Position numbers and translations under genes: made by a program. Positions 36,270-38,061 of a stretch of 38,061 nucleotides of DNA are shown here, in pieces. Position 1 is the first letter of the stretch, and every line of letters starts with the position of its first letter. Under the pieces are notes generated by a model, which made no database searches, had not been told where the DNA came from, and saw nothing but the letters and a program-made list of their open reading frames with translations. This DNA is from Candidatus Nanohaloarchaea archaeon. GTDB taxonomy: Archaea; Nanohalarchaeota; Nanosalinia; Nanosalinales; Nanosalinaceae. The stretch covers positions 1-38,061 of the forward strand of contig JAWOFP010000056.1 in NCBI GenBank assembly GCA_046497485.1. Reading direction: 5' to 3'.

Positions 36270-38057
36270 ATGAAAATAGTACCTGATACCTCCGCAATTA
36301 TAGACGGAAGACTGATGGAAGAGATAGATGAAGGCCTAGAAGCAGAGATAATTATACCAGAGTTTGTGGTCGATGAAGTAGAGAACCAGGCTAACAAAGG
36401 CCTGGAAATCGGGTTCACAGGAATAGAAGAAATTAGGAGATTGACAGAAAAGGCATCGGCGAGCGAGGGAATTTCTGTAGAGTTCACAGGTAGAAAGCCT
36501 AGTATGGAGGAAATTAACTTGGCATCCTCCGGTAGGATTGATGCATTAATTCGAGATGTCGCCGAAGAAATTGATGCGATTCTTTATACTGCTGATATTG
36601 TCCAGTCGAAGATCGCTGAAGCTAAAGGTATAGATGTCGTACTTATTGAAAAAGAAGATGCTCCAGAAGAACTTGATATTGAGAAATACTTTGATGATGA
36701 GACTATGAGCATCCATTTGACTCAGAATGCTAGGCCTAAAGCCAAGCGTGGAATGCCTGGTAACTTCAAGTTAGAGAAGATCGGCGAAGAGGTAATGGAG
36801 AAAGAAGAACTAGAGGAATTAATTCATAATATAATGGATGTGGCCGAGAACAGTGAGAAAGGCCTCATCGAGATGGAAGGTAACGGCGCGACAGTTGTCC
36901 AGTACGGGCGTTACAGAATTGCTATGACTCGACCGCCTTTCTCATCTGCAGCAGAGATAACAGCTGTCAGGCCTGTTGCAAAAGTAGGATTAGAAGATTA
37001 TGGGCTATCTGAAAAACTGATTCAAAGGTTAGATCAAAAGGCTGAAGGAATTCTCGTTGCGGGAGCGCCAGGACACGGTAAATCGACTTTCGCCCAGGCT
37101 CTTGCAGAACATTACGAAGATCAGGATCAAGTTGTCAAGACGATGGAGAAACCCAGGGATCTTGATGTAAGTTCTGATATCACTCAGTATACTGCTTTAG
37201 ATGAATCGATGGAAAATACTGGTGACTTTCTATTATTAGTGAGGCCTGACTTCACTGTATTTGATGAAGTTAGAAGGACCTCGGACTTCGAAGTCTTCAG
37301 CGATATGAGGATGGCAGGAGTTGGAATGATCGGAATTGTCCACGCATCCGAAGCAGTAGATGCAGTTCAAAGATTGATTGGAAGAGTTGAGCTTGGAATG
37401 ATTCCACAGGTCTGTGACACTGTAATATTTATCGAAGATGCAGAAGTAGCGGAAGTCTACGAGCTTGAAATGGTTGTAAAAGTTCCAGAAGGAATGACGG
37501 AAGAAGACTTGGCAAGGCCGGTTATCCAGATTAGGACATTTGAGGACTCTAGGCCTGTTTATGAAGTCTATACTTATGGTGAGGAAACCGTTGTTATTCC
37601 TGTGGATGATCGGGAAGAATCCGGAGCTGAAAAACTTGCAAAGGAACAAATCGAACACTTTCTAAGAGGCATAGTAGACAATCCAGAAATTGAGTTCATC
37701 TCAGATAACCACATTAAAATGTTTGTAGAGGAAGATGAGATTTCCCAGGTTATAGGTAAAGGTGGAGAAAATATAGACAAACTTGAAAAGGATTTAGGCC
37801 TGAACATAACAGTTGAGCCTAAGTCTCAGACCTTGAAGTCCGAAGTTGACTTTGATGTCCGTGAATCTGGTAACTCAGTCGTAGTAGATGTGGCAGAGTC
37901 CTTATCTGGTAAAGAAGTAGATGTCTATGATGGAGATGAGTTCCTATTTACGGCTACAGTAGGGAAGTCTGGAGAAGTTTCACTGACTAAAAGCAGTGAG
38001 TTATCAGGAAGAATTTTGAGCGCTTATCAAAGAGATAACCTCAAAGTCAGGTCCTGA
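36270..38057 (+). CDS. pina: PIN-domain ATPase PINA (PIN + P-loop ATPase + KH)
   Basis: MKIVPDTS PIN start, Walker A GAPGHGKST, FDEVR, GRVELGMIPQV, KH motif IGKGG; ATG 36270. Confidence 0.92.
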   Translation: MKIVPDTSAIIDGRLMEEIDEGLEAEIIIPEFVVDEVENQANKGLEIGFTGIEEIRRLTEKASASEGISVEFTGRKPSMEEINLASSGRIDALIRDVAEEIDAILYTADIVQSKIAEAKGIDVVLIEKEDAPEELDIEKYFDDETMSIHLTQNARPKAKRGMPGNFKLEKIGEEVMEKEELEELIHNIMDVAENSEKGLIEMEGNGATVVQYGRYRIAMTRPPFSSAAEITAVRPVAKVGLEDYGLSEKLIQRLDQKAEGILVAGAPGHGKSTFAQALAEHYEDQDQVVKTMEKPRDLDVSSDITQYTALDESMENTGDFLLLVRPDFTVFDEVRRTSDFEVFSDMRMAGVGMIGIVHASEAVDAVQRLIGRVELGMIPQVCDTVIFIEDAEVAEVYELEMVVKVPEGMTEEDLARPVIQIRTFEDSRPVYEVYTYGEETVVIPVDDREESGAEKLAKEQIEHFLRGIVDNPEIEFISDNHIKMFVEEDEISQVIGKGGENIDKLEKDLGLNITVEPKSQTLKSEVDFDVRESGNSVVVDVAESLSGKEVDVYDGDEFLFTATVGKSGEVSLTKSSELSGRILSAYQRDNLKVRS

Positions 38058-38061
38058 AATT

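Larger units (their letters stand above)
317..37801. repeat. highly iterated dispersed palindrome AGGCCT (about 140 copies)
   Basis: Manual line-by-line count of about 143 (e.g. 317, 579, 687, 839, 1328 ... 37242, 37551, 37796); about one per 270 bp. Confidence 0.92.

Noticed and set aside
1..38061. CRISPR array, IS/transposase, integrase, rRNA
   Set aside because: No regularly spaced repeats or matching motifs seen; the AGGCCT copies are dispersed 6-mers without spacer periodicity.

Overview
Gene-dense archaeal chromosomal segment, roughly 40% GC by eye, with very acidic proteins. Markers (aCPSF1/FttA, eL40, PINA, PAN-like ATPase, BHB-intron tRNAs, glucan phosphorylase) fit a halophilic DPANN archaeon, most likely Nanohaloarchaeota (inference). 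It holds about 41 CDSs, mostly housekeeping (gatB, pyk, glgP, trxB, csp/DEAD helicase, hisS, ychF, nrdR-nrdJ, PINA), and 5 tRNA genes: Arg-UCG, Ala-CGC (72-nt intron), Arg-CCU, Gly-GCC (30-nt intron) and Thr-GGU. Main signals: (1) the palindrome AGGCCT occurs about 140 times by manual count versus about 5-6 expected, in all reading frames and between genes, like cyanobacterial HIP1, and is missing from foreign-looking genes; (2) a YbaK-type tRNA-editing domain fused to a GatB/YqeY tRNA-binding tail in the gatB operon; (3) a free-standing LAGLIDADG endonuclease between the intron-containing tRNA-Gly and a decayed copy of its 3' end; (4) an AbrB-GNAT-deacylase-hisS operon; (5) three bacterial-type NrdR boxes at the nrdR-nrdJ promoter; (6) an orphan ADP-ribosyltransferase-like ORF. 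All calls come from motif recognition only; no searches were run.
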